From a virus, in the IMG/VR virus record IMGVR_UViG_3300045988_170323: a DNA stretch of 34,880 nucleotides; one strand, written 5' to 3'. The notes beneath the pieces are model-generated. The model was not told the DNA's origin and ran no database searches. It saw only the letters and a program-made list of their open reading frames with translations. Position numbers and translations under genes: made by a program. Positions 1 through 9,424 of the stretch are shown here, piece after piece; position 1 is the stretch's first letter, and each line of letters opens with the position of its first letter.

Positions 1-99
1 ATTTTTTTTTACTTTCTATTGTTGTAATGTTATCAAGATGCCACAGCTTTAAAATCTCCGGCAACACCTGATATATAGAAAATGTATCAAACTGCTCAA
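1..99. repeat. Terminal direct repeat, copy 1 (identical to 34782-34880); overlap of a circular or circularly permuted assembly
   Basis: The string attttttttt actttctatt ... aatgtatcaa actgctcaa is read at both window ends. Confidence 0.95.
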
Positions 100-352
100 G
101 CCATTCATCAGGATCATTAGGTATATCCGGATCTGCGTGTTTGGCCATAATGTAAGCAACATTTTCAAACATTTCAAGATCATCAATCTCAAAGTCTGTT
201 CCATCTTTTTTCGCCTTTTCAGATTGTGCAGCAAGCTTCTGCATATCCTTAAAAATATCTCTCATAAAAAAACGCCTGTACAGTCGTGGGACTGTCGCAG
301 ACGCTCTGAATTTAACCTTTTTTCCATCAATATCAATCTCTTTTAGTAACAT
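1..352 (-). CDS. Tail assembly chaperone (gpG-like), 5' part; the ORF continues across the circular junction and stops at 34759-34761 (124 aa in total)
   Basis: My own translation from the ATG at 352: MLLKEIDIDGKKVKFRASATVPRLYRRFF...EWLEQFDTFSIYQVLPEILKLW...ESKKKLEQLAGK*. It lies between the major tail and tape measure genes. The track ORFs 49..234(-) and 137..346(+) are in other frames. Confidence 0.75.
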   Translation of the reverse strand, partial: MLLKEIDIDGKKVKFRASATVPRLYRRFFMRDIFKDMQKLAAQSEKAKKDGTDFEIDDLEMFENVAYIMAKHADPDIPNDPDEWLEQFDTFSIYQVLPEILKLWHLDNITTIESKKK

Positions 353-353
353 A

Positions 354-932
354 TCAACCTGCCGCTCCTGTCTTTACTGGAATATAAACAGCCTCATACC
401 ATTTATTGTATGTTTCATCTGGTGTTGAAGCTGTAGTCTTAGTCTTAACATTGCCATTGGCAAGAGGTGAAGCCTTAATAGACAACTTTTCTGTCTGTAC
501 CTCTTTCTTATCTTCGATTGTTTTAGATGCTACGGATGGGCGACTTGCTTTGCATCTGTATAGTACATGTCTTACTGCTTTGGCATCTCCATCAAACTCA
601 AATAATAACGCAAATTCTGCTGATTCTGTGTTACTGTTTTCAACAGACACCTTATTATCATCCAGCTCATTCTTGAGAATGTCTGTTTCAAAAGATTGTG
701 GAACTAATGCAATTTCAAGATCACCTTCATAACCATTATTGGCCGTAGAAGTATAATATACCATACCATCAGCGTAGAATTCTTCTGTGTCACCCTTAGC
801 ATCCAATGACAGTTCTACTCCTCCTGGAATCGGTACTGGTTTCTCATATGTCACTGCTCCTTCTGAATCTATATTAAGCTTCGCATAATGTACATTCTTA
901 AGGTTAAACTTAACTTTATTTTCTTTCTCCAT
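354..932 (-). CDS. Major tail protein (phi13-like family)
   Basis: 192 aa with an ATG start. The N-terminus MEKENKVKFNLKNVHYAKL...VELSLDAKGDTEEFYADG is typical of siphovirus major tail proteins, and the gene lies upstream of the chaperone and tape measure. Confidence 0.7.
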   Translation of the reverse strand: MEKENKVKFNLKNVHYAKLNIDSEGAVTYEKPVPIPGGVELSLDAKGDTEEFYADGMVYYTSTANNGYEGDLEIALVPQSFETDILKNELDDNKVSVENSNTESAEFALLFEFDGDAKAVRHVLYRCKASRPSVASKTIEDKKEVQTEKLSIKASPLANGNVKTKTTASTPDETYNKWYEAVYIPVKTGAAG

Positions 933-938
933 TATTCA

Positions 939-1256
939 TTACACCTCCAATGAATATAATTCTTCAAACATCTTATCTTTTTCTATGTAATATTCCTGCC
1001 TGTTATAAAAAAGTTCATGTGCATCAAGGAGCTCTTCAAGCTGTGCTTCTATACGTGAACTCTTTTCACATACGTACAGTTCTATATACAGCTTATTTAC
1101 CTTCTGGTAAACTCTACCATCTGCTGCCATATTATCAGACTCCGGCATGGAAAATATTATATATGGTGCTGCTGGTACTTCATCTTCATCAAAGCACCAG
1201 TATGCATAAGGCAGACCTAGTTCAGCTATCATCTGTTCAACTTCACTAAAACTCAA
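939..1256 (-). CDS. Tail completion / head-tail joining protein (called from position)
   Basis: TTG start preceded by AAGGAG at about 8 nt. The gene lies between the gp10-like gene and the major tail gene. Confidence 0.5.
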   Translation of the reverse strand: MSFSEVEQMIAELGLPYAYWCFDEDEVPAAPYIIFSMPESDNMAADGRVYQKVNKLYIELYVCEKSSRIEAQLEELLDAHELFYNRQEYYIEKDKMFEELYSLEV

Positions 1257-1690
1257 TTACTGTTCTCCTTTATACGTCTTATAGTCCTTGTTTCAAGTTC
1301 ATTAACAGCCCAGTCCTCTGCCGGCTTTATATGTGCAATAGGTTGTGTTCTTCTGCCTGTATCAATCTTATCAGGGCGTACTATCCTATGACCATTTTCA
1401 AGAAGATGTGTAAGAGAATATTGATGTCCTCCAGCATATACTATCCGGCTTTTTCTGTACGAATTTTCTTCATCAATAGTACTTCTCCAGCTATCTCTGT
1501 AAGAACCTGGCTCATATTTTTTCTTTCTTCCATCATGCCGTACAGGTGCTTTTTCCTTAATCCTCTTAACCGTTCCTCTGGCCACACTATCAATATCCTT
1601 CTTCATATCAGAAGTGACATCATTGACATACTCGTGCAGAAGGCTCATGATTTCACTTGCAAGTGCATCAACCTTTATCGTTTTTGGCAT
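1253..1690 (-). CDS. HK97 gp10-family head-tail component
   Basis: MPKTIKVDALASEI... fits the family's typical size and N-terminus. The ATG at 1690 has AGAAGGTGA upstream and is preferred over the GTG at 1699. Confidence 0.6.
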   Translation of the reverse strand: MPKTIKVDALASEIMSLLHEYVNDVTSDMKKDIDSVARGTVKRIKEKAPVRHDGRKKKYEPGSYRDSWRSTIDEENSYRKSRIVYAGGHQYSLTHLLENGHRIVRPDKIDTGRRTQPIAHIKPAEDWAVNELETRTIRRIKENSN

Positions 1691-1868
1691 TAGAATCACC
1701 TTCTGATTTCTGTTCCGACACCTGAATATTTTTCTTTTTTATTACCTTATCAGGTTCAATGAGCTTCTTACTTATAAGTGCACTAGCAAGTTCATCATCA
1801 GATATGTTTATATCATCTCCCTGTGTTGCACCTATATTTTTATACATAAAAGATTTAAGTACCTTCAT
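1668..1868 (-). CDS. Hypothetical small protein (66 aa)
   Basis: ATG with GAAAGGAAG upstream; short overlaps with both neighbouring genes. Confidence 0.4.
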   Translation of the reverse strand: MKVLKSFMYKNIGATQGDDINISDDELASALISKKLIEPDKVIKKKNIQVSEQKSEGDSNAKNDKG

Positions 1869-2214
1869 CCGTTACTTCCTTTCTGCTAAATTCCGGCATA
1901 GCCTTGTTAAGCGTTACATACATAGCCGGAGGAATTGTATCATACTTCTCCTGAACCTGGCTTACTGTATATTGCACATCATTCATAATAACAAGTGTGT
2001 TATTCGTGTTGATAAAAGGATTAAGCGGTACACTTATAAGCCTGTCTATGCCGCTATTAGCTATCTTGGCCTGATAGAATCTTGTAACGCCAACTGTTCT
2101 TAATCCGAATCTAAGGTGTACTTTATGCTGCACAATAACTCTTTTATTCGTAGAATACACATCCAGTTCACCATCATTAAAAAGTTCCCTGTTTGCCTGC
2201 TTCCCTGTCAGCAT
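1855..2214 (-). CDS. Head closure / head-tail adaptor protein
   Basis: 119 aa, positioned after the gp6-like connector; the call rests on synteny and size. Confidence 0.55.
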   Translation of the reverse strand: MLTGKQANRELFNDGELDVYSTNKRVIVQHKVHLRFGLRTVGVTRFYQAKIANSGIDRLISVPLNPFINTNNTLVIMNDVQYTVSQVQEKYDTIPPAMYVTLNKAMPEFSRKEVTDEGT

Positions 2215-2497
2215 AGGCCTTCACCTCCTGTATAAGCTGCAGCCTGTTAATATCCTGTGAATAATTCTTCTGCCAGTCGTCTAATGCTCCTGCAAGAGCA
2301 TACATAACATAACTGATTAATAACTCTTTTGCTGTATTCTCCTGCTCATAATCGAACTCGCAGCCACATATATCATTAATCCTGTTACATCCACGTAAGA
2401 TGATGCCGGATAATTTCTTATCCGCTGCATCATCATTCCATGTCCTGTCTATGTTATTCTTAATATCTCCCAGAAGCTTTTCATTTACCTCATTCAT
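2177..2497 (-). CDS. gp6-like head-tail connector protein
   Basis: 106 aa immediately downstream of the capsid gene, with an ATG/TAA overlap. Confidence 0.55.
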   Translation of the reverse strand: MNEVNEKLLGDIKNNIDRTWNDDAADKKLSGIILRGCNRINDICGCEFDYEQENTAKELLISYVMYALAGALDDWQKNYSQDINRLQLIQEVKAYADREAGKQGTF

Positions 2498-3708
2498 TAT
2501 GCAGAAGCCTTAGCCTTTGTGTTTACAGGATTATCCTCTGTGTTAGTAACCTCAACCTTAAGGGAAATAGGCTTAAGCTTAGAAATATCAAGATACTTGA
2601 ATGCATTATTATCCTTAGGCTTTCCCATAGCATACATCTTGATAAGATACACTCTGTTATCATCAAGAAACTGATATTCATCTGAATACTCAATCTTTCC
2701 TGACTTACCAGCACCTATACCCATAAAATACTTTTCTGGAAGACCAATAATAGCCTCACCCTCATCAAGTGCAATAGACTGTATAGGTGTTGTTGGATAA
2801 GGGAATATATTATTCTTGTAGTTTCCGGCTGAATCCCTGACTGTTGTACAAGGAACAATCTTTGCTATATAATCCACTGGATTACATATGAATGCAACAG
2901 ATTGAACTGCCCTATATCCTGCATCATTAGGCTTTTTAGCAAGGTCTGCTATAATAGCACAATATTCTACTGGATCAAAACTTAACAGTTTCACTTTTGT
3001 TTTATCAGCATATTCCCCCTGTGTTACAGAACCATCAAGATTCTTACACATACCTATTGGCTGATTCTTGCCTGTACCCTTTAAGATGCCTAATTCAAGA
3101 CCACCGGCGCATGCTTCTGATAAGATGATTCTTACATAGTTATCTAACCAGGATGGTCCAAGATATAACATATCCTTGGAAACTGGAATGAAAGCTAATA
3201 ACTTGGCAAGTGTCATATCCATAACATCAATCTTACCTGCAAGCTCTGTAGATATCTTAGTTGTTAATGTTCCCCATGTTGCAAGGTCAATATTATCAGC
3301 ATTGACAATCATTTTGATAGCTCCCTGGCAGTTAATAAAATTAACAACGCTAAGAAGCGGATGTGCATTCTGCATATCTTCAATAACCGTGTCAATGATT
3401 GTCTGTGGGATAGCCCTGTCAATGTTCACAAGTGCCTGCTTAGGGTTTCCGGCGCGCATAGCCTCGCCTAATTCTGTATAGAATGTTCTTTCCTCTCCTG
3501 TAAGCTGTCTTACACCTCTGCTTGCAAGAATAGCCGCATCATTGTTGCCCTGAAGCTGTTCTGCCTCTTCATGAATAATATTAGCTATATTCTCACCAAA
3601 CTTTTCCATAGCCTTTGTAGCGGCTTCTGTATCATTACTTTTAAGTGCCTGTGATAAATTGGCAAGTGCATCTGCATTTGCCGCCTGAAATAAATCTTTG
3701 TTTAACAT
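2497..3708 (-). CDS. Major capsid protein, HK97 fold family
   Basis: 403 aa, AGGAGG RBS, follows the prohead protease; the N-terminal delta-like helical region is followed by the capsid body. Confidence 0.8.
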   Translation of the reverse strand: MLNKDLFQAANADALANLSQALKSNDTEAATKAMEKFGENIANIIHEEAEQLQGNNDAAILASRGVRQLTGEERTFYTELGEAMRAGNPKQALVNIDRAIPQTIIDTVIEDMQNAHPLLSVVNFINCQGAIKMIVNADNIDLATWGTLTTKISTELAGKIDVMDMTLAKLLAFIPVSKDMLYLGPSWLDNYVRIILSEACAGGLELGILKGTGKNQPIGMCKNLDGSVTQGEYADKTKVKLLSFDPVEYCAIIADLAKKPNDAGYRAVQSVAFICNPVDYIAKIVPCTTVRDSAGNYKNNIFPYPTTPIQSIALDEGEAIIGLPEKYFMGIGAGKSGKIEYSDEYQFLDDNRVYLIKMYAMGKPKDNNAFKYLDISKLKPISLKVEVTNTEDNPVNTKAKASA

Positions 3709-3722
3709 ATCTTTCCTCCTGA

Positions 3723-4613
3723 TTATGATAATTTATTGCTTAGTGCGTTACTTGTCGCACTAAAAAAAGCACTACAGAGCTGTTCTGTTAGTGCTTTATA
3801 AGCTTTCTCATCCTTTTCATGTTCCAGTTTTTCCTTAGCAGCCTGCTCTTTTTCCAGCTTTTCTTTCTCAAGCCTTTCCTTTTCCATCATAGCCTCTTTA
3901 CCTACTGCCGCCTGCTGTATAAACTCCGCTGCCATAAGTGAAAGTGACTTCTGGGAGTTTATCTGTGACGTAAGCTGTTCATACATCTGCTTGAACTGAT
4001 TGGCACCTTCTTCGGCTGGCACAAGCTCCTGAGAATCTACTTCATCACAAAAACCATACTTAAGTGCCTCATCAGGACTTAATATAGTTTCTTTATCAAG
4101 CATTTCCATAAGCTCATCTTCACTCAGATTACACTTTTCAAGGAATATCTGTCTGTTAGCCGCCATCATCTCATCAAGATCATCTGCTGCCTTGCGGAGC
4201 TGTGTTGCATTACCACTACAAGTACACCACATATTATGAAGCATTATCGTTGAACCTCTGTGCATTATTATCTTGTCACATCCAAGTGCTATTACATAAG
4301 CAACAGAATATGCAAAACAATCAATGTGACATATCTTATTAGCCTGTTTAGCCTTAAGAAGATTGTATATCGCAACACCCTCTTTAACCTCACCACCATA
4401 CGAATTAATATGAAGCTCTATATCGCTTCCATCTGGTATAGAATCAAGCAGGCTTATAAAATGCTTTGCTGAGGTTTCTGATTCATCATATTCCCATGTT
4501 TCCCAGTTAAAAGGACCCTGAGCTGTTATATTATCATAAATATATATCTTAGTAGCCCCTGAATCATTCTTCTCCTGTCTAAACATCATTTTTCTCTTGT
4601 CCACCATTATCAC
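3723..4613 (-). CDS. ClpP-family (S14) prohead protease with a C-terminal E/K-rich coiled-coil (scaffold-like) extension
   Basis: The INSYGGEVKEGVAIYNLL...AYSVAYVIALGCDK...MLHNMW motifs are present. The C-terminus reads EKERLEKEKLEKEQAAKEKLEHEKDEK. The exact start is uncertain (GTG 4613, ATG 4607 or ATG 4589). Confidence 0.8.
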   Translation of the reverse strand: MIMVDKRKMMFRQEKNDSGATKIYIYDNITAQGPFNWETWEYDESETSAKHFISLLDSIPDGSDIELHINSYGGEVKEGVAIYNLLKAKQANKICHIDCFAYSVAYVIALGCDKIIMHRGSTIMLHNMWCTCSGNATQLRKAADDLDEMMAANRQIFLEKCNLSEDELMEMLDKETILSPDEALKYGFCDEVDSQELVPAEEGANQFKQMYEQLTSQINSQKSLSLMAAEFIQQAAVGKEAMMEKERLEKEKLEKEQAAKEKLEHEKDEKAYKALTEQLCSAFFSATSNALSNKLS

Positions 4614-5790
4614 CTTCTTTCATAATGTCATAGTTTTTAGTAATATAATGAGTATCGCCGATAGAACTATCTATTGCTGGTTCATTCAGCTTATGGCGAA
4701 GCTCATTAATACTGTAAAGTCCACTAGATATAAGCTTGTCCGTTTTTTCAGCATTCTTAAATATGTCTATATAAGATATAGATGATGTATCTATATTAAG
4801 ACCAGTACCATTAAGTATCTCCTTGCCTGAGCGTTTCCGGTTAATCTCCGTCTGTAGTATGTCGCACAACGGCTCTATCGTTATAGTTATGAATTCATCC
4901 ATAAGAGCATCTATATCTGCTATCTCACCAGCGTATAGCGCATATGGGATATTCAACGCTCCTGCAGCTTTTTTCTTTATCTCATCATTAACATCTATGA
5001 AATCCTTTAACTCGCTTGTGGATTTTTTAGTTGACTCTTTAGCTCCATTCGATTCATAGGAATAACCGTTAAACAATGGAAGTACCGCATTACGTGAATT
5101 ATAGAACTTCTTGAAGCGGACATTCATCATCTCATCCATTATCTCTTCATATGTTTTTCCTAACAGCTTAGCATCTCCCAGAATCTTTTGTGCATCAATC
5201 GTCAGTATGCCCTTTTCGCCACCTGATTTATAGAACTTTTCATAAGCCGTCTGGACTAAAGTGTCATAGCTGTTTATTATGCCATTAAGAAGTGCCGTCA
5301 TATTCTCATTATTATTTTTAAAATATAATACTTCCGACATTCCAAACGCCCTATTTACAGAAAAGCTTCCAGTACTGACATTAGAAAATACTTTCTCACG
5401 TACAACATCATCAGACATTGTATATCCATCAGCAACAAACAACTGCCCTCCAAGTTCATATACAAGACATTCGTTGTTCTTTAAGAGCTTCGACACCATC
5501 TTTTTTATAAAATATGTAGAGCTTTCATTCTTGTTTGGCGCATAATTCCATAGATAATATTCATCTTTTTTTACATTCTTGCCACGGATCCTTGTCTGGA
5601 ATTCACATTTTGCAATAGCATTTGCAATCATATTAATGCCAATATTCATATCAAATATACATTCTGATATAGCCTGGTACTCAGGCGAATCATATACTGC
5701 TTCCATCTCCTGCCTGAAAGCAGCTTCCCTGGATTTACCTGTTAAAAGATCTGTAAAAAAAGCTCTTATTCCCAATGCCCTCACCTCCAA
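4579..5790 (-). CDS. Portal protein (HK97 family)
   Basis: About 400 aa between TerL and the protease. The annotated TTG lies inside a GGAGGTGA motif, so the true start is probably the TTG at 5775. Confidence 0.75.
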   Translation of the reverse strand: MEVRALGIRAFFTDLLTGKSREAAFRQEMEAVYDSPEYQAISECIFDMNIGINMIANAIAKCEFQTRIRGKNVKKDEYYLWNYAPNKNESSTYFIKKMVSKLLKNNECLVYELGGQLFVADGYTMSDDVVREKVFSNVSTGSFSVNRAFGMSEVLYFKNNNENMTALLNGIINSYDTLVQTAYEKFYKSGGEKGILTIDAQKILGDAKLLGKTYEEIMDEMMNVRFKKFYNSRNAVLPLFNGYSYESNGAKESTKKSTSELKDFIDVNDEIKKKAAGALNIPYALYAGEIADIDALMDEFITITIEPLCDILQTEINRKRSGKEILNGTGLNIDTSSISYIDIFKNAEKTDKLISSGLYSINELRHKLNEPAIDSSIGDTHYITKNYDIMKEGDNGGQEKNDV

Positions 5791-5815
5791 TCGTTATTGT
5801 CATTGTTAATATCAA

Positions 5816-7480
5816 TCAATATGTATATACATTCATAGTGTTGAACATTGTCTGATTAATCTCATTCATAGCAATAAGCTCATCCCTGCATATCTCTGCT
5901 GCCACCAATGCCTTAAATGCATCCGTTTTACGTGACTTAGGTTCAATCTTTCCATAAGTCATATTACCTGCAGATGATGTAACTCTCTTAGAATTGTTAA
6001 TACACCACCTCATCAGAGGATCATCACCAACTGCTATCCTGTTATTATTAAACAGACTTGTAAGCGTTGGTATAAGCTGCATTTCATCAGATGGTCTTAC
6101 TATCTTTATTTTTCCATCCTTATCAGCCAGGAAACCATATTCAGCCAGTGCCTTAGACATAAGTGTATATCTGTACTTATCAATGCCTATCTTTAAAATG
6201 TTAAAGCGTTCATTCATAGAATCAAACCATTGTGCCGGCAAGTCCGGACTAATCTCAGGACCTTTTACGAATTCACATAATCCCCTGCGTTCCCACTCTC
6301 TTAGCGGTGCCTTGATACGTGGCAAATCTTTACTTGCTTCACATATCCACGTATGCTGATACACATAATCTATTCCATCCTGAATAACAAGGATTGCTGC
6401 AGATACAAAATCTTCTGTGCTCGCATAATCAAGTCCACCCACAGCATTAGTTCCATGCTCGAATTCAGGAATAATAATATTTGTCGCCTTTATGTTCTTC
6501 CAATCAGTAACCACATCCTCCCTGATAGCTCCGCCAGGGCAGTTACACCTTTTAGTTGCAAAAGATGCATTACCAAGAGGATCTATAACATAATCATCAT
6601 ATTCCAGCTTCATCTCTTCTTGAAGATTAGCAAAATATGGATATGACGGATTAGCCATTGGCCAGTTTTCCGGATTTTTAATATCATCTTTGTTTTTTAT
6701 CCGGCAGATAAATGGAATCATGCCATTATCAGTCAATTCACCACTTAATATCCTGCGCGACTTATCAAGCATAGTATCAAGAGGTCCATCTCTTACATCT
6801 CCGTCAGTGGTAACTATTGTTCTTCTTGGAAATGGAACTTTTCCCAAGCCGGTAACAGCTACATCAACCAGCCTCATATTCTCATAAGCGTGATATTCAT
6901 CAAAGTCAACTTTACCAGGTCGAAAACCATCTTTTGTCTTTGGATTAGATGTATTAAAGGCAAATTCTGAACCAGTTTTAATATTTGTTATTACTTCCTT
7001 CGTCCACTTGAAGTACTTTTTCATAAAGCTTTTATTTTCCTCAAGCACGTTATATACATCCTTGAATGAGGTTTTTGACTGCTGTTCAGACATAGCAAAT
7101 ATATCAATGTTATAGTGCTTGATACCATTCACAGGTGTTAACAGACAGAAATCTTCAAAACCTAGATATCCATTCTTTCCGGCACCACGCCCCACATATA
7201 TAAGCAGTATTGGAAATCGAAGCTGCCCATTTTTCTTATACACACAATTATGCAGCGCAAAACAAAATACTTCCCAGTCGATTAAATCGAATGGAAAGTA
7301 TTTCTGGAAGGCTAAATATTTATCTAATTGTTCTGAATCAACAACAAGTTCCTCTGTTTCAAATATTTTTTCAATAAGGTCACACAGCTGATACTGTTCT
7401 TCGCACATCTTGTATGGAGCCGCTCTTACAAGGTCAATGTACTTCTGTATCCTATAATCCGGTATCATTCTTATCCTCAC
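5816..7480 (-). CDS. terL: Terminase large subunit
   Basis: 554 aa with a Walker-A-like VGRGAGKNG and the expected terminase layout. Confidence 0.85.
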   Translation of the reverse strand: MRIRMIPDYRIQKYIDLVRAAPYKMCEEQYQLCDLIEKIFETEELVVDSEQLDKYLAFQKYFPFDLIDWEVFCFALHNCVYKKNGQLRFPILLIYVGRGAGKNGYLGFEDFCLLTPVNGIKHYNIDIFAMSEQQSKTSFKDVYNVLEENKSFMKKYFKWTKEVITNIKTGSEFAFNTSNPKTKDGFRPGKVDFDEYHAYENMRLVDVAVTGLGKVPFPRRTIVTTDGDVRDGPLDTMLDKSRRILSGELTDNGMIPFICRIKNKDDIKNPENWPMANPSYPYFANLQEEMKLEYDDYVIDPLGNASFATKRCNCPGGAIREDVVTDWKNIKATNIIIPEFEHGTNAVGGLDYASTEDFVSAAILVIQDGIDYVYQHTWICEASKDLPRIKAPLREWERRGLCEFVKGPEISPDLPAQWFDSMNERFNILKIGIDKYRYTLMSKALAEYGFLADKDGKIKIVRPSDEMQLIPTLTSLFNNNRIAVGDDPLMRWCINNSKRVTSSAGNMTYGKIEPKSRKTDAFKALVAAEICRDELIAMNEINQTMFNTMNVYTY

Positions 7481-7775
7481 CCTCGGATATATTGTCTTCT
7501 GCAGATATATTTAACTGCGAAAGTATCTTAAGCATAGCTCCACTGATTTTAGATATTTCAGAGATTGCAGGATTAGCTTTGTGGACTTCATAACCTTTAA
7601 CATTAAGTTCTGTTATGGTTACACCATTTTCTTTAACGTCTTGGATAAGTTTAGCTTTGATATCATACAGTTCACAATAATCATCAACAAGCTTTTCAAA
7701 GTGATATTCTTTTGCATTTTTACGATTTAGCTGCTCAATTAATGAACACCTGATACGTTGTGATATCGTTGCCAT
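7452..7775 (-). CDS. terS: Terminase small subunit (P27-like)
   Basis: 107 aa, AGGAGG RBS, overlaps the terL start. Confidence 0.65.
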   Translation of the reverse strand: MATISQRIRCSLIEQLNRKNAKEYHFEKLVDDYCELYDIKAKLIQDVKENGVTITELNVKGYEVHKANPAISEISKISGAMLKILSQLNISAEDNISEGEDKNDTGL

Positions 7776-7982
7776 ACATACCTCCTGTCTGAATTGTTGA
7801 AAGTTAAAATTGAAACAGCGATTTTGTGTCTGTATGCATATATATTATAAATATGTTACGCATACCCTGAAAAACTATAAAATCACTTTTTACATAATGC
7901 GCAAGGCAAATCTGGATTGTCGAGTTTTGCACCGGTATTTGTCAGAGCCAAAAATTTTTGCATTTTTTTACCCGGGGGTATT
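7776..7982. other. Non-coding gap between HNH and terS; candidate cos/packaging region
   Basis: 207 bp without an ORF. The GC-rich palindromic acccgggggt at 7970-7979 stands out in an AT-rich genome. Confidence 0.3.
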
Positions 7983-8330
7983 CTAATCCCACCGCTCTTC
8001 TGTCAATGGTGCCCGATAATTCTTTTGTCTATATCCATGCCTTTTTTCGTGACATTCGTGACACAAACTTATAAGGTTACGTTGTTCGCAGCCTTTATCA
8101 TCTATATACATAGCTTCAAGAGCCAACTCAGGATGATGCTTTACATAGTTAATATGATGTACTGTTGTTGCTTTGGTATATCTTCCAGCAGCTCTACAGT
8201 CAACACATTCATTGTGATCACGCTTAAGTATTTCTTTCCGGACTCTTAACCATTTGCTCCATATGTAAAAGCGATGCACTTCATTATTCTTTATGCACTC
8301 TTTTACATAATCAATATCATCCTGTATCAT
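7983..8330 (-). CDS. HNH endonuclease (terminase-associated)
   Basis: The motifs CVDC...HHINYVKHH...NLISLCHECHEKRH are present. The ATG at 8330 has a GAGAGGG RBS. Confidence 0.85.
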   Translation of the reverse strand: MIQDDIDYVKECIKNNEVHRFYIWSKWLRVRKEILKRDHNECVDCRAAGRYTKATTVHHINYVKHHPELALEAMYIDDKGCEQRNLISLCHECHEKRHGYRQKNYRAPLTEERWD

Positions 8331-8383
8331 ATTGCCCTCTCTATGCCTCACGTATATGTCATAGGTCTTACTGCTTTTATCTT

Positions 8384-8410
8384 AAAGAAAGAGCGCTATT
8401 TCTAGCGCTC
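8384..8410 (-). terminator. Rho-independent terminator after the late-activator gene
   Basis: Stem gagcgct/agcgctc followed by TTTCTTT on the minus strand. Confidence 0.5.
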
Positions 8411-8506
8411 AATGCATAAAAGATAGGATTCGATGCAGTATCGACTATATTAAAATAACACATATTAATGTGTACTGGTGTACACTCTTTTATTTTTTTA
8501 ATATTT

Positions 8507-8923
8507 TTATAACTGTACTGAATTAACAGCCCTTTTATAGCGCTTTATAAGTCCGCTGCGTGAATAGCCTTCTGCTTTCATAATGTCCTTCATATTCATA
8601 AGCTGTATGTGTCTAGCTATTAATATTCTCCTATCTGTTTCATCCTGGACTGTATTAATAACAGTAAGAACCTCTCTTGCCTTTGTAGCTGCTATCTCTT
8701 CCTCTCTTCTTAACTTGTTTATAAATTTCTTTGTTTCCTTATCAATCTTAATAACCCTGTCTGATAAATCGCTCTGGTTATGTGCTTTTGGCATATCAGA
8801 TATTTCTGGTGACGATAATCCATATAACGAATTAATAAAATCAATCTCAGTCTGATAGTTATTCATCCTTGATACATAATGCCTGTACATATCCAGATAT
8901 CTTTTTTTGTCTTCATCCCCCAT
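8507..8923 (-). CDS. ArpU/RinA-like late transcriptional activator (sigma-70 region-4-like HTH)
   Basis: SDMPKAHNQSDLSDRV...RRILIARHIQLMNMKDIMKAEGYSRSGLIKRYKRAV. It sits directly upstream of the packaging module. The ATG at 8923 has an AGGGTGAT RBS. Confidence 0.55.
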   Translation of the reverse strand: MGDEDKKRYLDMYRHYVSRMNNYQTEIDFINSLYGLSSPEISDMPKAHNQSDLSDRVIKIDKETKKFINKLRREEEIAATKAREVLTVINTVQDETDRRILIARHIQLMNMKDIMKAEGYSRSGLIKRYKRAVNSVQL

Positions 8924-9245
8924 CCTATCACCCTTTAATAAAGTATACATAATCCCTAAAAGTGTATAATTTTTTATAAGCCTTTAGAAATATTCTCAAA
9001 CCCTTGTTTCTTCTATGCTCTAATTATATTTCACTTTCATCATAATTACAAAAAGTATACCGTAAGTTGATAACTCGTTAATAACTCTGTTTTTTGTGGA
9101 TAAGTATTATCATCTGTACATAAAAAAAGCAGCTCTAAAAAGGCTGCTTGCTGTTAATTTTAAAAAAAATTTTTTTGTCTGTTATATCTTAATCAGAAAG
9201 AAAATCTAGTCTTTCTAAAAAATGAAAAAAGGAGATTTACAAATT

Positions 9246-9335
9246 ATGAATAATCTAATATTTGAAATTGTATTTAATTTGATACTTAATGTAGTATCTA
9301 ATTGTCTTTATGATATTTTCATAAAGCACAACTAA
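9246..9335 (+). CDS. Small hydrophobic peptide (29 aa, MNNLIFEIVFNLILNVVSNCLYDIFIKHN)
   Basis: AAAAGGAG RBS 7 nt upstream, with a 12-bp-stem hairpin immediately downstream. Confidence 0.35.
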   Translation: MNNLIFEIVFNLILNVVSNCLYDIFIKHN

Positions 9336-9352
9336 AGATAAAGATTATATGC

Positions 9353-9390
9353 GACAAGCTGCTCCTTTTATTATACAAGAGCAGCTTGTC
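9353..9390. terminator. Perfect 12-bp stem hairpin (gacaagctgctc / gagcagcttgtc)
   Basis: Read directly. It lies between the convergent small ORF and the recombinase gene. Confidence 0.5.
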
Positions 9391-9424
9391 ATTTATAATT
9401 CGCTTTTTTCTGTATATAACACAA

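Noticed and set aside
49-346. Track ORFs 49..234(-) and 137..346(+)
   Set aside because: Both are out of frame with, or antisense to, the well-supported chaperone ORF that starts at 352(-) and reads through the circular junction. Neither has an RBS.
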